From: Candidatus Spongiisociaceae bacterium
GTDB lineage: Bacteria > Actinomycetota > Acidimicrobiia > Spongiisociales > Spongiisociaceae
NCBI GenBank assembly: GCA_965262915.1
Contig: OZ253564.1
Span: 4,928,001-4,992,000 of the forward strand
DNA length: 64,000 nucleotides
Direction: 5' to 3'
The position numbers and the translations under genes are program-made. Position 1 is the stretch's first letter, and the number at the start of each line of letters is the position of its first letter. The notes below the pieces were generated by a model that was not told the origin of the DNA, did not search any database, and saw only the letters and a list, made by a program, of their open reading frames with translations. Positions 10,294 to 20,543 of this stretch are shown in pieces.

Positions 10294-11868
10294 ATGGCGC
10301 ACGCAACTATGGGCCCGGGCGTTTCGAGAATCGAGGCGGACGTCGTGGTCGTCGGCTACGGGGCCGCAGGTGCTGCGACGGCGATCACCGCCCGGGAAGC
10401 GAGCGCCGAGGTGGTAGTGCTCGAGAAGATGCCAGAGGATGCGACCGATGCCGACGGAAACATCGTGGAGGTCAGGCACACGCCGAACAGCAGGTTCGCC
10501 TCCGGAATCGTTCTCAGCCCTACCGATCCGGATGCGGCGTTCGAATATCAAAAGGCGCTGACGGAAGCGTACGGGGTCTCCGACGTCCCCGACGAGATGC
10601 TGCGCGTGTGGGCCGCCATGATCTCCGAGAACGAATCGTGGCTATGTTCGCTGGAGGGGGATCTCGATTATTTCGAGGGCCATGAAGACGGCCCCTTCGG
10701 TCTGGGAGGCGGGCAGTACCCCGAACTCCCCGGGGCGGCTTCGACCCGTCGCGTTCAGAACAAGGGAGGGGGTTTCGGGCTCTTTGGGCACCTCGACGCC
10801 AACGTCGGTGCCGCGGGCGTTGAAATCCGGTACGGGACTGCTGCCGTCGGGCTGCTCCAGGATCCCCGCTCGCGGGCCATCACGGGCGTGCTGGCCGACG
10901 CCGACGGATCCGAGCTGGAGGTGAATGCTCGCCGTGGAGTGGTACTCACAACAGGCGGCTTCGAGTTCAACGAACGGATGAAGGCAACCTACCTGCGGGT
11001 CTGGCCGAGCCGGTTCTACGGTAATCCCGCCAACACAGGGGACGGGGTACGACTGGCGCAGTCGGTCGGAGCCGATTTGTGGCATATGAACAACATCTCC
11101 GGAATGGCCGTGGCGACGTGGCCCGGTGAGCGGCACTCGTTCTGGATCACCCCATGGCTGCGAACCGCCTTCCTAGCGACGGAGTTTCGAGACGGCAGCC
11201 CCCTAGGCTCCTACCCGCCCAGCTACGGCGTTGTGATCGTGGATCGGTACGGGAGGCGATTTGCCCAGGAGATCTACAAACCGTATTCGTTCTACTGGGA
11301 GATGAGTTATTTCGATACTGATCGTGCGGAATTCCCAAGAATCCCCTCACATATGATCTTCGACGAGCGCACGAGGCTCGAGGGGCCAGTCGCCAATCCG
11401 TCGGGGCCCTACGGGCCCATCAAACTCTACGAATGGAGTTCGGACAACAGCGCTGAGATCGACAGGGGATGGATCCGCACGGCCGACACGGTTGGCGGGC
11501 TTGCAGAGCTGATAGGTGTTCCGTCTGCGGCCCTCGAGGAGACGATCGAGAATTGGAATCGCTACTGCCGGGAGGGAAACGATCCCGAACACGGCCGCAA
11601 CCCTTCGACATTGACCCCCATCGACACGCCGCCCTTCTACGAGATCATCCAATGGCCCGGCAGCGGCAACACCCTCGGGGGACCTCGTCGAGATCAACGC
11701 GCCCGTGTGCTCGATCCCGACGGAAAGCCGATACCCCGGCTGTACAGCGCCGGGGAGCTGGGATCGATCTACGGTTTCCTCTATCAGGGTGGCGGGAACC
11801 TGGCCGAGTGCATCGCCTTCGGTCGACTCGCAGGTGCGAATGCGGCTGCGGAAGCTCCACGGCTATGA
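10294..11868 (+). CDS. FAD-dependent oxidoreductase (FAD_binding_2; fumarate reductase/3-ketosteroid dehydrogenase-like)
   Basis: VVVGYGAAG, LTTGGFE, NTGDG, IPRLYSAGE and GGGNLAECIAFGR. Confidence 0.85.
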   Translation: MAHATMGPGVSRIEADVVVVGYGAAGAATAITAREASAEVVVLEKMPEDATDADGNIVEVRHTPNSRFASGIVLSPTDPDAAFEYQKALTEAYGVSDVPDEMLRVWAAMISENESWLCSLEGDLDYFEGHEDGPFGLGGGQYPELPGAASTRRVQNKGGGFGLFGHLDANVGAAGVEIRYGTAAVGLLQDPRSRAITGVLADADGSELEVNARRGVVLTTGGFEFNERMKATYLRVWPSRFYGNPANTGDGVRLAQSVGADLWHMNNISGMAVATWPGERHSFWITPWLRTAFLATEFRDGSPLGSYPPSYGVVIVDRYGRRFAQEIYKPYSFYWEMSYFDTDRAEFPRIPSHMIFDERTRLEGPVANPSGPYGPIKLYEWSSDNSAEIDRGWIRTADTVGGLAELIGVPSAALEETIENWNRYCREGNDPEHGRNPSTLTPIDTPPFYEIIQWPGSGNTLGGPRRDQRARVLDPDGKPIPRLYSAGELGSIYGFLYQGGGNLAECIAFGRLAGANAAAEAPRL

Positions 11869-11892
11869 GTGCGGCCACGTAGGAAGGTAAAC

Positions 11893-12822
11893 ATGCCGGT
11901 CGATCGCCAATCACAGGCCGTTCTCGATTACATGGCCAAGATGGAGAGGACACCGCTCCATGAGTTGACGCCCGCCCAAGCCCGCAAGAACGAGATGCTG
12001 GTCCTTGAGCCCGGTCCCGCGATGTCCTCGGTCACCGATGTCTCGATCCCCGGTCCCGGCGGTGAGTTGGACCTCCGGGTCTACGACCCTCACGGGGACG
12101 ATCCCAAGCCCACGCTGCTCTGGTTTCACGGAGGAGGCTGGGTACTCGGCGACCTCGACATGGAAGACGGAACGTGCCGCCGAATAGCGGCCCGGGCCGG
12201 ATGCAAGGTCGTCTCCGTCGACTATCGCCTCGCGCCCGAATCGAAGTTCCCGGCGGCTCCCGAGGACTGCTACGCGGCGGCTTCGTGGGTCGCGGCAAAC
12301 GGTTGGTCGATAGGACTCGACGGCGGAGTACTGGCCGTCGGCGGTGACAGTGCAGGTGGAACCCTCGCGGCTGCTGTTTGCCTCATGGCGCGAGACCGGA
12401 CCGGCCCCCCGATTCGCCACCAACTCATGGTCTGTCCGGTCATGGACCGCGATTTCTCCACCCCCTCGTACCTCGAGTGCGGTGATTCCTTTCGACCGAC
12501 AACGCAACTGATGCGGTGGTTCTGGCGTCACTACCTGGAGGATCCAGAAGATGTCTCCGATCCGCGGGCCGCTCCTCTCCGGGCAGGCGACTTCTCCGAC
12601 CTGCCCCCGGCGACCATCATCACGGCCGAGTACGACGTGCTCAGGAGCGAGGGGGAGGAATACGCGGCAAGGCTTCGAGACGCGGGCGGTCAGGTTACTC
12701 TGACTCGTTACGAGGGAACGATCCACTTCCTGGTCCTATTGGCCGATCGCATCGACAAAGGCCGGCGGGCTCTCGATGAACTCGCCCGTGCCTTGGCCTG
12801 GACCCAAGTATCCGGTTCCTGA
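11893..12822 (+). CDS. HSL-family esterase/lipase
   Basis: HGGGW, VDYRLAPE, GDSAGG, AEYDVLRSEG and H motifs. Confidence 0.9.
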   Translation: MPVDRQSQAVLDYMAKMERTPLHELTPAQARKNEMLVLEPGPAMSSVTDVSIPGPGGELDLRVYDPHGDDPKPTLLWFHGGGWVLGDLDMEDGTCRRIAARAGCKVVSVDYRLAPESKFPAAPEDCYAAASWVAANGWSIGLDGGVLAVGGDSAGGTLAAAVCLMARDRTGPPIRHQLMVCPVMDRDFSTPSYLECGDSFRPTTQLMRWFWRHYLEDPEDVSDPRAAPLRAGDFSDLPPATIITAEYDVLRSEGEEYAARLRDAGGQVTLTRYEGTIHFLVLLADRIDKGRRALDELARALAWTQVSGS

Positions 12823-12828
12823 TACTCA

Positions 12829-12972
12829 GAGGGTGCGCGGATAGGCGGACGCGACTGCTCCTATCCGTAGACCCAACCCGGTTTCCCCGCCGGAGAACCC
12901 CTGGTCAGGGCCGTGGACTCGTCAACCGTCGCGGTCACTGTTCCCCAGGTGAGCACCTATCCGCGCACCCTC
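12829..12972. mobile_element. MITE, 144 bp (copy 1)
   Basis: Perfect 17-bp TIR GAGGGTGCGCGGATAGG; flanked by TCA on both sides; near-identical to 41685-41829. Confidence 0.8.
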
Positions 12973-13074
12973 TCAGGGTCGGTTTGGTCGCTGGGACCCG
13001 GTAACGGTTGGGGCCTAACCCTTCTACGAGGGACGCTGCCTGTCGCTGGCCGGCTCTCAACGAGACGGAGGTGA

Positions 13075-13268
13075 TCAGACAGAACGGCAGCGGCCATCCT
13101 CGATCCGCTTGAACGGTCGGGCCATACCTTGGCGCTAGGGGAAATCCACTTCGCTTTGGTGCCGCAGCCCGACTACCTGCGACTGCAATCCTGCCTCATC
13201 TCTCTCAGGAATCGGGGACTCGTAAAGCTCACGGGTCGGGGCCGCGGAACACGTTGGCAACGGTATAG
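13075..13268 (+). pseudogene. Remnant C-terminal winged-helix of an AlbA/RecG-like ATP-binding protein
   Basis: LRNRGLVKLTGRGRGTRW resembles the C-terminus of that family; no N-terminal part. Confidence 0.4.
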
Positions 13269-13448
13269 AGCCGCTGACCTGGCTGATTCCGGGCTAATAC
13301 TCGGGGTCTACCCGCGCTCGAACGAGAACTCGCGACGACAGCTAGCCCTATTACGACTCAGAAAAACGGTGAGCAATAGGAGCACATTCTGGGAACGCGT
13401 CGCGCGTATTCCCCGGAATGAACCGCCAGGGTTGAGCGCGATCGAATT

Positions 13449-14681
13449 TCACCGGAGTCGGCTGGAAACAGCGAGGACGGACAGGACGTGGTCGATGTCG
13501 GCGGCGGTGTGGTCGGCGTTGACCTGGAGGCGGATCTCCTCGTCGCCTCTGGGCACGACGGGGTAGGCGAGGCCGGTTGCGAGGACCCCGCCCTCGAACA
13601 GGACCGATACCAGGCGGCGGGTCTCGTCGGTGTCGCGCAGCATCAGGGGCACGATGGGGTGGTCTCCGGGGATGATCTCGTAACCGAGTGACACGAGCCC
13701 GGACTCGAGCCGGCGGGTGAGGGCTTGGAGGCGGACGAGGAGTTCTCGGCCTTCCGGACCATCCAGGATCCGGAGGGCTGCCAGGGCGGCGCTCGCCTCG
13801 GCGGCGGTGATCGGGTTGGAGTAGATGTAGAACGGGGATGTCTCCCGGAGGAAGCGGATCACCGGGCCGGCGGACACGACGTATCCCCCGTTCACCGCGA
13901 GGGCCTTGCCGAGGGTGCCGATCAGCACATCCGCAGGCGCGCTACCCGTGTACTCCTCCGTCCCCCTGCCGGTGGGACCGAAGGCACCGACGCCGTGGGA
14001 GTCGTCCACGACCACCACGACGTTCTCGGGAAAGCCGCCGTCGTGTCGGCGGGCGATCTGCATGACCTCGTCGAGGGGAGCATGGTCGCCGCGCATCGAG
14101 AAGATCCCGTCGGTGACGACCACCGCTCGGCGCGCCCGGCCCCGTGCCTCCTCGAGTTGACGGTCCAGTGCCGCCATGTCCAGATGGGGGTACACGGACT
14201 TGCTCAGGGGCCGGGCCAGGCGGATCGCGTTGATGATGGAGTTGTGGTTGAGCTCGTCGGAGATGACCGTCGTGGTCGGATCGATGAGGGAGACCAGGGT
14301 GCCTACCACCGCGGCGTAGGCCGAGGAGAAGATCATCCCCTCCTCCCTTCCGTGGAAGGCGGCCAGCGTGGCCTCCAACTCGACGTGCGGTGTATGGGTT
14401 CCGATTATGAAGCGAACCGCGCCCGGGCCGGTTCCCATCGCCTGCGCGGTGGCCTCCTCGGCCCGGATCACCGTCGGATGCATCCCCAGCCCGAGGTAGG
14501 AGTTGGCGTTCATCCGGATGAAAGCCCGGTCCTCCTCGCCCTCGAGGAGAAAACGAGGGCCCCGTTCCCCTTCGGGAGGGAGGACTCCGCGAACCACGAC
14601 CTCGCTTCCTTTGGCGGTCCCCTGCTCCTCAAGGCCGGTGACATGGCGGGCGAGTATGTCTTTCAAGCGGTCCAGTGGCAT
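13449..14681 (-). CDS. kbl: Glycine C-acetyltransferase (2-amino-3-ketobutyrate CoA ligase)
   Basis: NANSYLGL, GAVRFI, SDELNHNSII, TDGIFSMRGD, DDSHGVG and GTLGKAL. Confidence 0.8.
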   Translation of the reverse strand: MPLDRLKDILARHVTGLEEQGTAKGSEVVVRGVLPPEGERGPRFLLEGEEDRAFIRMNANSYLGLGMHPTVIRAEEATAQAMGTGPGAVRFIIGTHTPHVELEATLAAFHGREEGMIFSSAYAAVVGTLVSLIDPTTTVISDELNHNSIINAIRLARPLSKSVYPHLDMAALDRQLEEARGRARRAVVVTDGIFSMRGDHAPLDEVMQIARRHDGGFPENVVVVVDDSHGVGAFGPTGRGTEEYTGSAPADVLIGTLGKALAVNGGYVVSAGPVIRFLRETSPFYIYSNPITAAEASAALAALRILDGPEGRELLVRLQALTRRLESGLVSLGYEIIPGDHPIVPLMLRDTDETRRLVSVLFEGGVLATGLAYPVVPRGDEEIRLQVNADHTAADIDHVLSVLAVSSRLR

Positions 14682-14897
14682 TTCAATCTCGTGGTCTCGG
14701 AATCGACAGCCAGGATATCGTCATCCGCGCCGCGGCCTGCCGCGGCGCGAGGTCCGGCCCATATGCGCAACCGTGAGGCAATCCCGGACACTGGACAATC
14801 TCGTCCGCGACCTTTGGTCATCTGCGGTCTCCCACGCCGGACCTGCCCGCTTGCCCTACCTGCCGGGCGCGGTTAACGGGGTCTGCGGGGCTTCGGT

Positions 14898-15698
14898 ATG
14901 CCTGCTAGACATTGCGATGTGCCGACTCAAGCAGGTCTCAGGAGCGAGACGACTGTCGTCCTGATGCTCGTCGCCCTCACGACCGTGATGCCGATCGTGC
15001 CCCCAGGTGGAATCCTGCTCACCGGTGGGATCGCTGCGGCCGCACTCGCAACCATCGCTATACAGCAGCGGATGTCTGCAGCGGGTTCCATGGGCGTGCT
15101 GTTGGTTGCGGTTCTCGTATTCGGGTTGGTCGGCGTGGGCCCGCAGCAGGTGACATTCGCCCTTGCGTTCGTTGTCTACGGGGTGGTCATATCCCGAACG
15201 CTATGGCTGCGCGAGGCTGTGCGCTGGCGCGTCGCCGGGTCACGTGATCCTCGGCTCATAACCCTAGGCACCGGGTTCGGCCTGATTTCGGGGTTGGTCG
15301 TGTGGTTCTGGTACGCGGGGAGGCAGGCGGAGTTGGCTGATCTCGCCGAAATGGTGCCGGACTGGCCGATCTGGATCCTTCTACCGTCCGGCGTCGCGTT
15401 CGCCGTAGTCAATGCGGTACTCGAAGAGGCGGTTTATCGAGGGGTCGTGCAGGACGCTCTCGAGAGGGTTGTCGGCTCAGGGTCCACGTCCCTTGGATTG
15501 CAGGCGGCCGCTTTCGCAACGCTGCACTTTCAAACGGGCTTCCCCCGGGGCGTTGCCGGTATCGGCCTTGCCTTCCTCTATGGCTTGGTGCTGGGCGTGT
15601 TGCGCCGCCGCTCCCGGGGTCTGGCGGTACCGGTCGTCACCCACCTCGTCACCGATCTGGTAATCGTCGGGATCCTCCTTGCCCAGGTAGTTGGGTAG
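14898..15698 (+). CDS. CPBP (CAAX/Abi) intramembrane metalloprotease
   Basis: EEAVYRG, FATLH and HLVTD motifs; hydrophobic; start uncertain. Confidence 0.8.
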   Translation: MPARHCDVPTQAGLRSETTVVLMLVALTTVMPIVPPGGILLTGGIAAAALATIAIQQRMSAAGSMGVLLVAVLVFGLVGVGPQQVTFALAFVVYGVVISRTLWLREAVRWRVAGSRDPRLITLGTGFGLISGLVVWFWYAGRQAELADLAEMVPDWPIWILLPSGVAFAVVNAVLEEAVYRGVVQDALERVVGSGSTSLGLQAAAFATLHFQTGFPRGVAGIGLAFLYGLVLGVLRRRSRGLAVPVVTHLVTDLVIVGILLAQVVG

Positions 15699-15826
15699 GT
15701 CCACCAGCAGGGCAACTACACCCGACTACCCTCCCGGGTCCTGCCCCAGGCGTTGCAAGCCGCGCCATAATCACCGGAAGAGCTACGTCAGCAGCCCGAT
15801 CAAGAGCGCCCGAAATGGGAGATCAC

Positions 15827-16624
15827 ATGTTCGCCAGTTCATCTCGGCCCGTCGTGCGGATCAGCGCCGAGGGGCGTGCGGAGCACGTCGACCTCCTGCC
15901 GACCGAGGAGCCGGTCGAGTTCCGGATGGGAAGGGTGCCTATCGCCGTCCTGATGCGCACCCCCGGCCATGACGAGGAACTGGCCCGCGGGTTCGCCCTC
16001 ACAGAAGGTATCGTCCTGCGTCCGGGCGAACTGGCGGAGGTCCGGACCCTGCCGGGCAGGGACGGGGAGGGACGGTACGAGCTGGTTCTGGCCGACGGTC
16101 TGGAGATCGATCCGGAGCAGTTTCGCCGGAACCTGTATTCCACCTCGTCGTGCGGGGTGTGCGGCAAGGCGTCGATCGATGCGATACGGGTGACCTCGCC
16201 ACCGCTTCCGTCCGGCCCGACCGTTCCCGCGGACCTGCTGGTGGAGTTGATGGAGGCCATGCGCGCCGCCCAGGCCGGCTTCGAGGCGACCGGCGGACTG
16301 CACGCCGCGGCAGCCTTCACGCCGGACGGGGAGTTGGTGGGCCTGCGGGAGGACGTGGGCCGGCACAACGCCATGGACAAGCTGGTGGGGTTTCTCTCCG
16401 TCCGCGGATGGCCCTTGGACGAGATGATCATCACGGTCTCGGGACGGGTGTCCTTCGAGTTGGTACAGAAGGCGGCCGTGGCCGGGCTGAGCATCCTGGC
16501 GGGCGTGTCGGCGGCCTCCTCGCTGGCCGTGGACCTGGCCGACGAGCTGGGCCTGACGGTGGCCGGGTTCGTCCGCCCGGGCGGGTTCAACCTCTACACC
16601 CACCCCCACCGCGTAACCGCCTGA
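15827..16624 (+). CDS. fdhD: Formate dehydrogenase accessory sulfurtransferase
   Basis: MRTPGHDEELARGF, SSCGVCGK, TGGLHAAA and EDVGRHNAMDK. Confidence 0.92.
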   Translation: MFASSSRPVVRISAEGRAEHVDLLPTEEPVEFRMGRVPIAVLMRTPGHDEELARGFALTEGIVLRPGELAEVRTLPGRDGEGRYELVLADGLEIDPEQFRRNLYSTSSCGVCGKASIDAIRVTSPPLPSGPTVPADLLVELMEAMRAAQAGFEATGGLHAAAAFTPDGELVGLREDVGRHNAMDKLVGFLSVRGWPLDEMIITVSGRVSFELVQKAAVAGLSILAGVSAASSLAVDLADELGLTVAGFVRPGGFNLYTHPHRVTA

Positions 16625-16648
16625 ACCCGATCCCGACCGGCAGGACCG

Positions 16649-17128
16649 CTAGCGGTGCTCGGTGTCGCCGGCCAGCAACTGGAGGATGTGGGGTAGGAGG
16701 GGTTCGAGCGCATCGAGACCTTCCTTCACGGCTTTGGGGCTGCCCGGCAGGTTGACCACCAAGCACGAGCCGATCACCCCGGCCACACCGCGAGACAACG
16801 CCGCCATCGGTGTGTGTCGCAGACCCTCCGCCCTGACCAGCTCGGCAAGACCGGGAGCCGGGCGGTCGATGAGAGCCGTGGTGGCCTCGGGCGTCACGTC
16901 CCGGGGCCCGAAACCGGTCCCCCCCGTGGTGATGATCAGCCTCCTGTGGCGGGCCAGATCGGCCAGCAGACCCCTGATGAGCCGCTGCTCATCCGCCACC
17001 ACGTGCCGGTCCACCTCGAAGCGCATCTCCGCTAGGCGTCGGACGAGCACGTCTCCGGACAGATCTTCTCTCGTCCCGTGGGTTACGCCGTCGCTCACCG
17101 TGACCGCGGCCGTCGGTACCGGTTCCAT
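16649..17128 (-). CDS. MogA/MoaB molybdenum cofactor biosynthesis protein
   Basis: [22 protein letters not shown] and NLPGSPKAV. Confidence 0.9.
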   Translation of the reverse strand: MEPVPTAAVTVSDGVTHGTREDLSGDVLVRRLAEMRFEVDRHVVADEQRLIRGLLADLARHRRLIITTGGTGFGPRDVTPEATTALIDRPAPGLAELVRAEGLRHTPMAALSRGVAGVIGSCLVVNLPGSPKAVKEGLDALEPLLPHILQLLAGDTEHR

Positions 17129-17194
17129 GCTCGTATGCTACGTGCCCGCCCCAGATAGCGGGAACACCCTGGCAGGTCGCTACCCTTCCGGCGC

Positions 17195-17980
17195 GTGTCC
17201 TGGATACTGCTGACCAACGACGATGGTGTCGACAGCCCGGCCCTCACGCCGTTCAGGGCTGCTCTCGAGGAGATGGGCGAGGTGCGTACCGTGGTTCCGG
17301 CCAGCGAGCGGAGCTGGATCGGCAAGGCCCTCACCCGGTTCGACGCCATCGAGGTGGCCGAGGTGGAACGGGGGGGCGCCAGGGTGGTGACGGTGTCGGG
17401 CACTCCTGCCGATGCTGTCCAGGTGGCGGCCTCCTACTTCGACATCCCGCCGGACCTGGTCGTGTCGGGGATCAACCTCGGCTACAACCACGGGGCCGGC
17501 TACATCATCTCGTCGGGAACGGTGGGAGCGGCCTTCGAGGGCTGGGAACTGGGCATCCCGGCCGTGGCATTCTCGGCCGGGATCCGGGGCAGGTGGGCCG
17601 AGTGGTACCGGTACATGCGCACGGAGGAGGCCGTTCCGGTGTGGGTTCGTCTGGCCGAACTGTGTACGGAGATCCTCGGCGACCTCCTTGGTGTCGAGAT
17701 GCCCGGCGACGTGGTCACCGTGAACGTTCCGTGGGAGGCCGACTCCTCCACACCTCGCCGGATCGTGCCTCCCGCCCGGGTTACCTATGGGCGGATCCAC
17801 CACCAGCGCCCCGACGGTAGCTTCGCCTTCCGCTACCGGGAGCAGTTCGGTGCGGTCTCACTGGAAGGTACCGATGTCGGGGCGAACCGAGCAGGACTGA
17901 TCGCCATCACCCCGCTCGCGGCGCCGACCTCGCCCCACGTGCCGGGCGAGGTACGGGAAAGGCTCGAGCGCAGCCGCTGA
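17195..17980 (+). CDS. surE: 5'/3'-nucleotidase SurE
   Basis: ILLTNDDGV, SGTPADAV, VVSGINLGYN and SSGTVGAAFEG. Confidence 0.9.
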   Translation: MSWILLTNDDGVDSPALTPFRAALEEMGEVRTVVPASERSWIGKALTRFDAIEVAEVERGGARVVTVSGTPADAVQVAASYFDIPPDLVVSGINLGYNHGAGYIISSGTVGAAFEGWELGIPAVAFSAGIRGRWAEWYRYMRTEEAVPVWVRLAELCTEILGDLLGVEMPGDVVTVNVPWEADSSTPRRIVPPARVTYGRIHHQRPDGSFAFRYREQFGAVSLEGTDVGANRAGLIAITPLAAPTSPHVPGEVRERLERSR

Positions 17981-17993
17981 TGGTCTGTCGGCG

Positions 17994-18473
17994 TCAGACC
18001 GGGACGTCGGTAAGAGATTCTTTGCGGGCTTCCTCGCGGCCTTCCAGCCGCGCGATCCGCTCGCCCTGGCCGCGCAGCAACCCAACGACACGGGCGAGGG
18101 TCTCGTGGACCTTCCTGAACTCTTTGTCGGACGCCGCGGCGTTGGCAGCGATCTCCGTCCGGACCTCGGTAACATCCGACTTAAGCCCGGCAATATCCAA
18201 CTGGACCTCGCTGACATCCCCCCGGACACCGCTGACATCCGACTTGAGCCCCGAGATATCCGACTTGACCTCGGCGACATCCGACTTAAGCCCGGCGACA
18301 TCCAACTGGACCTCGGCCACATCCGACTTAAGCCCGGCGACATCCAACTTAACCTCGGCCACATCCGACTTAACCTCGCTGACATCCGACTTGATGTCCG
18401 AGCGTATCCAGGACAGGACGGTGGCCAGCAACACGGCTGCGAAACCGATCAGTGCGGCGATGATGGCTTCCAT
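17994..18473 (-). CDS. Membrane-anchored heptad-repeat coiled-coil protein
   Basis: N-terminal hydrophobic helix followed by about 11 heptads (SDVAEVK/LDVAGLK) encoded by 21-bp repeats. Confidence 0.75.
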   Translation of the reverse strand: MEAIIAALIGFAAVLLATVLSWIRSDIKSDVSEVKSDVAEVKLDVAGLKSDVAEVQLDVAGLKSDVAEVKSDISGLKSDVSGVRGDVSEVQLDIAGLKSDVTEVRTEIAANAAASDKEFRKVHETLARVVGLLRGQGERIARLEGREEARKESLTDVPV

Positions 18474-18862
18474 GTCTCTACTCCCCTCAGCATGGCACGA
18501 GGCGTGCCTCACGCTGTCCAGTCGCCTCAGGCACCGCCAAACCTCAACCTACGATACATGAACGCATCATAAACAACAATAGAACAACCGGAGTCCGCCG
18601 GTCGGATAGTCGAGTTGGTAGCGGTTCGCCATGCCAAGACGAGCTAGGGGCCTCGACCTAATCTCCCAAGTCCGAGACATACCCACGGATGGCTAGTGAT
18701 CTGTCTGTGAAATGGCGGCGTGGTATGCGCCGGCAGCGGCGTTCCTCGCAAGACCCGCCGACGAAAGCGTACCGGCAGCGCACATCGAGGAGGAGGAACG
18801 GAGCGAGGGGCGTCGTTGGCGAGCAGAGGGTGCCGACCCGAACGTACCGCCTTCAGATCGGT

Positions 18863-20539
18863 TCACGTGGCAATGTCTCTGCGCCGCAAGCCATGGACCG
18901 CCACCCATCCCGCGGCGAGCGTACCGGCCAGGAGAAGGAAGTACGTGGGTTCGAAGCCCTTGGCGAGCGGCGGGGTATCTCCGAAATACCAGTAGAAGGG
19001 GGAGATCATCCGAAGCGGTGCGAGGGCATCGGTGAGGGAGCCGAGGCCGTTGAGGAAGAACGTGGCCAGAGCAACTATCGCCGTGATCCGTATGGCCGGG
19101 AGTGAAGATCCCGCCAGCGCCCAGATCATCATCGCCAGCCCACCGAAGAACAGGCCGAGAAGGCCGAGCCCGGCGCCGGCGGCCAAGATCCTCGCGGCGC
19201 CCAGGTCGGTCTCCCATGCGGCGTCCCCCAGCACCGCCACGATGGTCGGGATCAGGACCACCAAGCCGGTGGAGAACGCTATCCCCCCGGCTTTGGTTGC
19301 GATCACCTTCCTGCGTGTGGAGGGGTTGGCGAGCACCAGGTCGAGAACCCCGGCCTTCTCCTCCTTCACCAGGACCATCGAGACTCCCCTGACGGCGAAC
19401 ATGATCATGAGGATCGGACCGATGGTCTGGTAGGTCCGGGAGGATATGAACCCGGCCGGGGTGACGATGGCCTCCGGGTCGGTCATGCCGAACATGGCGA
19501 ACACCTCGCGGGGAAGGGAGGTGATGAGAGCCGCCAGCGCCTCGGCGTCCTCAGAGAGGGCCGGCCAGGCGGAGAACATGGCGAGCGTCAGGAGTCCCAG
19601 TCCCCCTCCCCACGCCCACAGGGACCGGCGACGGTCCCAGAGGGTCTTGCGGAACAACCCGGCTAGCAGCCAGGCCGCCCGGGGGCGGCGGACCCGCGAG
19701 GGGGACCGGCGGGTGACAGTGGTGTCCGGGAGCACGGCGCGCTCGGTGGCGATGTCCCGCTTGCGGAACAGCAGGGTGGCCACCGTTACGAGGACCGCGG
19801 TCGTTATGGCCGGCCACAGGTGGCCGGCGCCCAACCCTTCGATCAGAGGGTTCGGCTCCAGGTACCAGGAGAACGGGCTGGCCGCGCTCGGACCCTCCAA
19901 CCACGAGTAGAGGCCGGAGAAACCGTGGATGAACCAGGCCAGGAACGCCAGGAAGCCCGCCATCCCACCCGCCACCGCCGCCCGGCCCGTGAAGGCGCCG
20001 GCCAGCAGGGTCACCGCCCCGAACACGACCCCGAGCAACCATAGGGAGAGGCCGGCGGCCAGCACCCCGACCACCGGCAGGTCCATCCCGAAGACCGGGT
20101 TGACGACCAGGAGGGCCGAGGTCATGACACCGACCAGCACCAGGGTCGCCAGGGCCACTCCCCCGGCCTTCTCCAGAAGGGCGCGGCTGCGCGAGACAGG
20201 AACCGAGAGCAGCATGTCCATGAGGCCGTCCCGTTCCTCGGCCACGGTCTCGGTAATGACCGCGCTGATGACGAAGATGAGTATCAGAAGGGGTGCGAAC
20301 AGCGAGTAGAGCTCGGTGGAGAGGAATCCGGCGGCGGTGAGGAAAGTAGCGGGGTCGAATCCGAAGACGGACAGCGCATCCGGAGGGAGTCTCTCGATCA
20401 GGTCGGTGAAGGCGTCGGAGTCCCGCAAGATCGGGAACACCACCCCCAACCAGGCGATCAGCGCCACCAGGCCGGCGCTGTTCCCGATCAAGGCCCGGCG
20501 GCGGTCGCGGAGGCTCTTGGTGAGGATGGCGGTGTTCAT
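18863..20539 (-). CDS. ABC-2 type transporter permease (two fused permease halves)
   Basis: Two repeats of the K.L.DRRR..., EE..G..D..L..P..R and SPF.WY pattern. Confidence 0.85.
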   Translation of the reverse strand: MNTAILTKSLRDRRRALIGNSAGLVALIAWLGVVFPILRDSDAFTDLIERLPPDALSVFGFDPATFLTAAGFLSTELYSLFAPLLILIFVISAVITETVAEERDGLMDMLLSVPVSRSRALLEKAGGVALATLVLVGVMTSALLVVNPVFGMDLPVVGVLAAGLSLWLLGVVFGAVTLLAGAFTGRAAVAGGMAGFLAFLAWFIHGFSGLYSWLEGPSAASPFSWYLEPNPLIEGLGAGHLWPAITTAVLVTVATLLFRKRDIATERAVLPDTTVTRRSPSRVRRPRAAWLLAGLFRKTLWDRRRSLWAWGGGLGLLTLAMFSAWPALSEDAEALAALITSLPREVFAMFGMTDPEAIVTPAGFISSRTYQTIGPILMIMFAVRGVSMVLVKEEKAGVLDLVLANPSTRRKVIATKAGGIAFSTGLVVLIPTIVAVLGDAAWETDLGAARILAAGAGLGLLGLFFGGLAMMIWALAGSSLPAIRITAIVALATFFLNGLGSLTDALAPLRMISPFYWYFGDTPPLAKGFEPTYFLLLAGTLAAGWVAVHGLRRRDIAT

Positions 20540-20543
20540 GCGC

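Noticed and set aside
18170-18400. 21-bp repeats as a possible CRISPR array
   Set aside because: No unique spacers; the repeats are in-frame heptads of a coding gene; no cas genes in the window.
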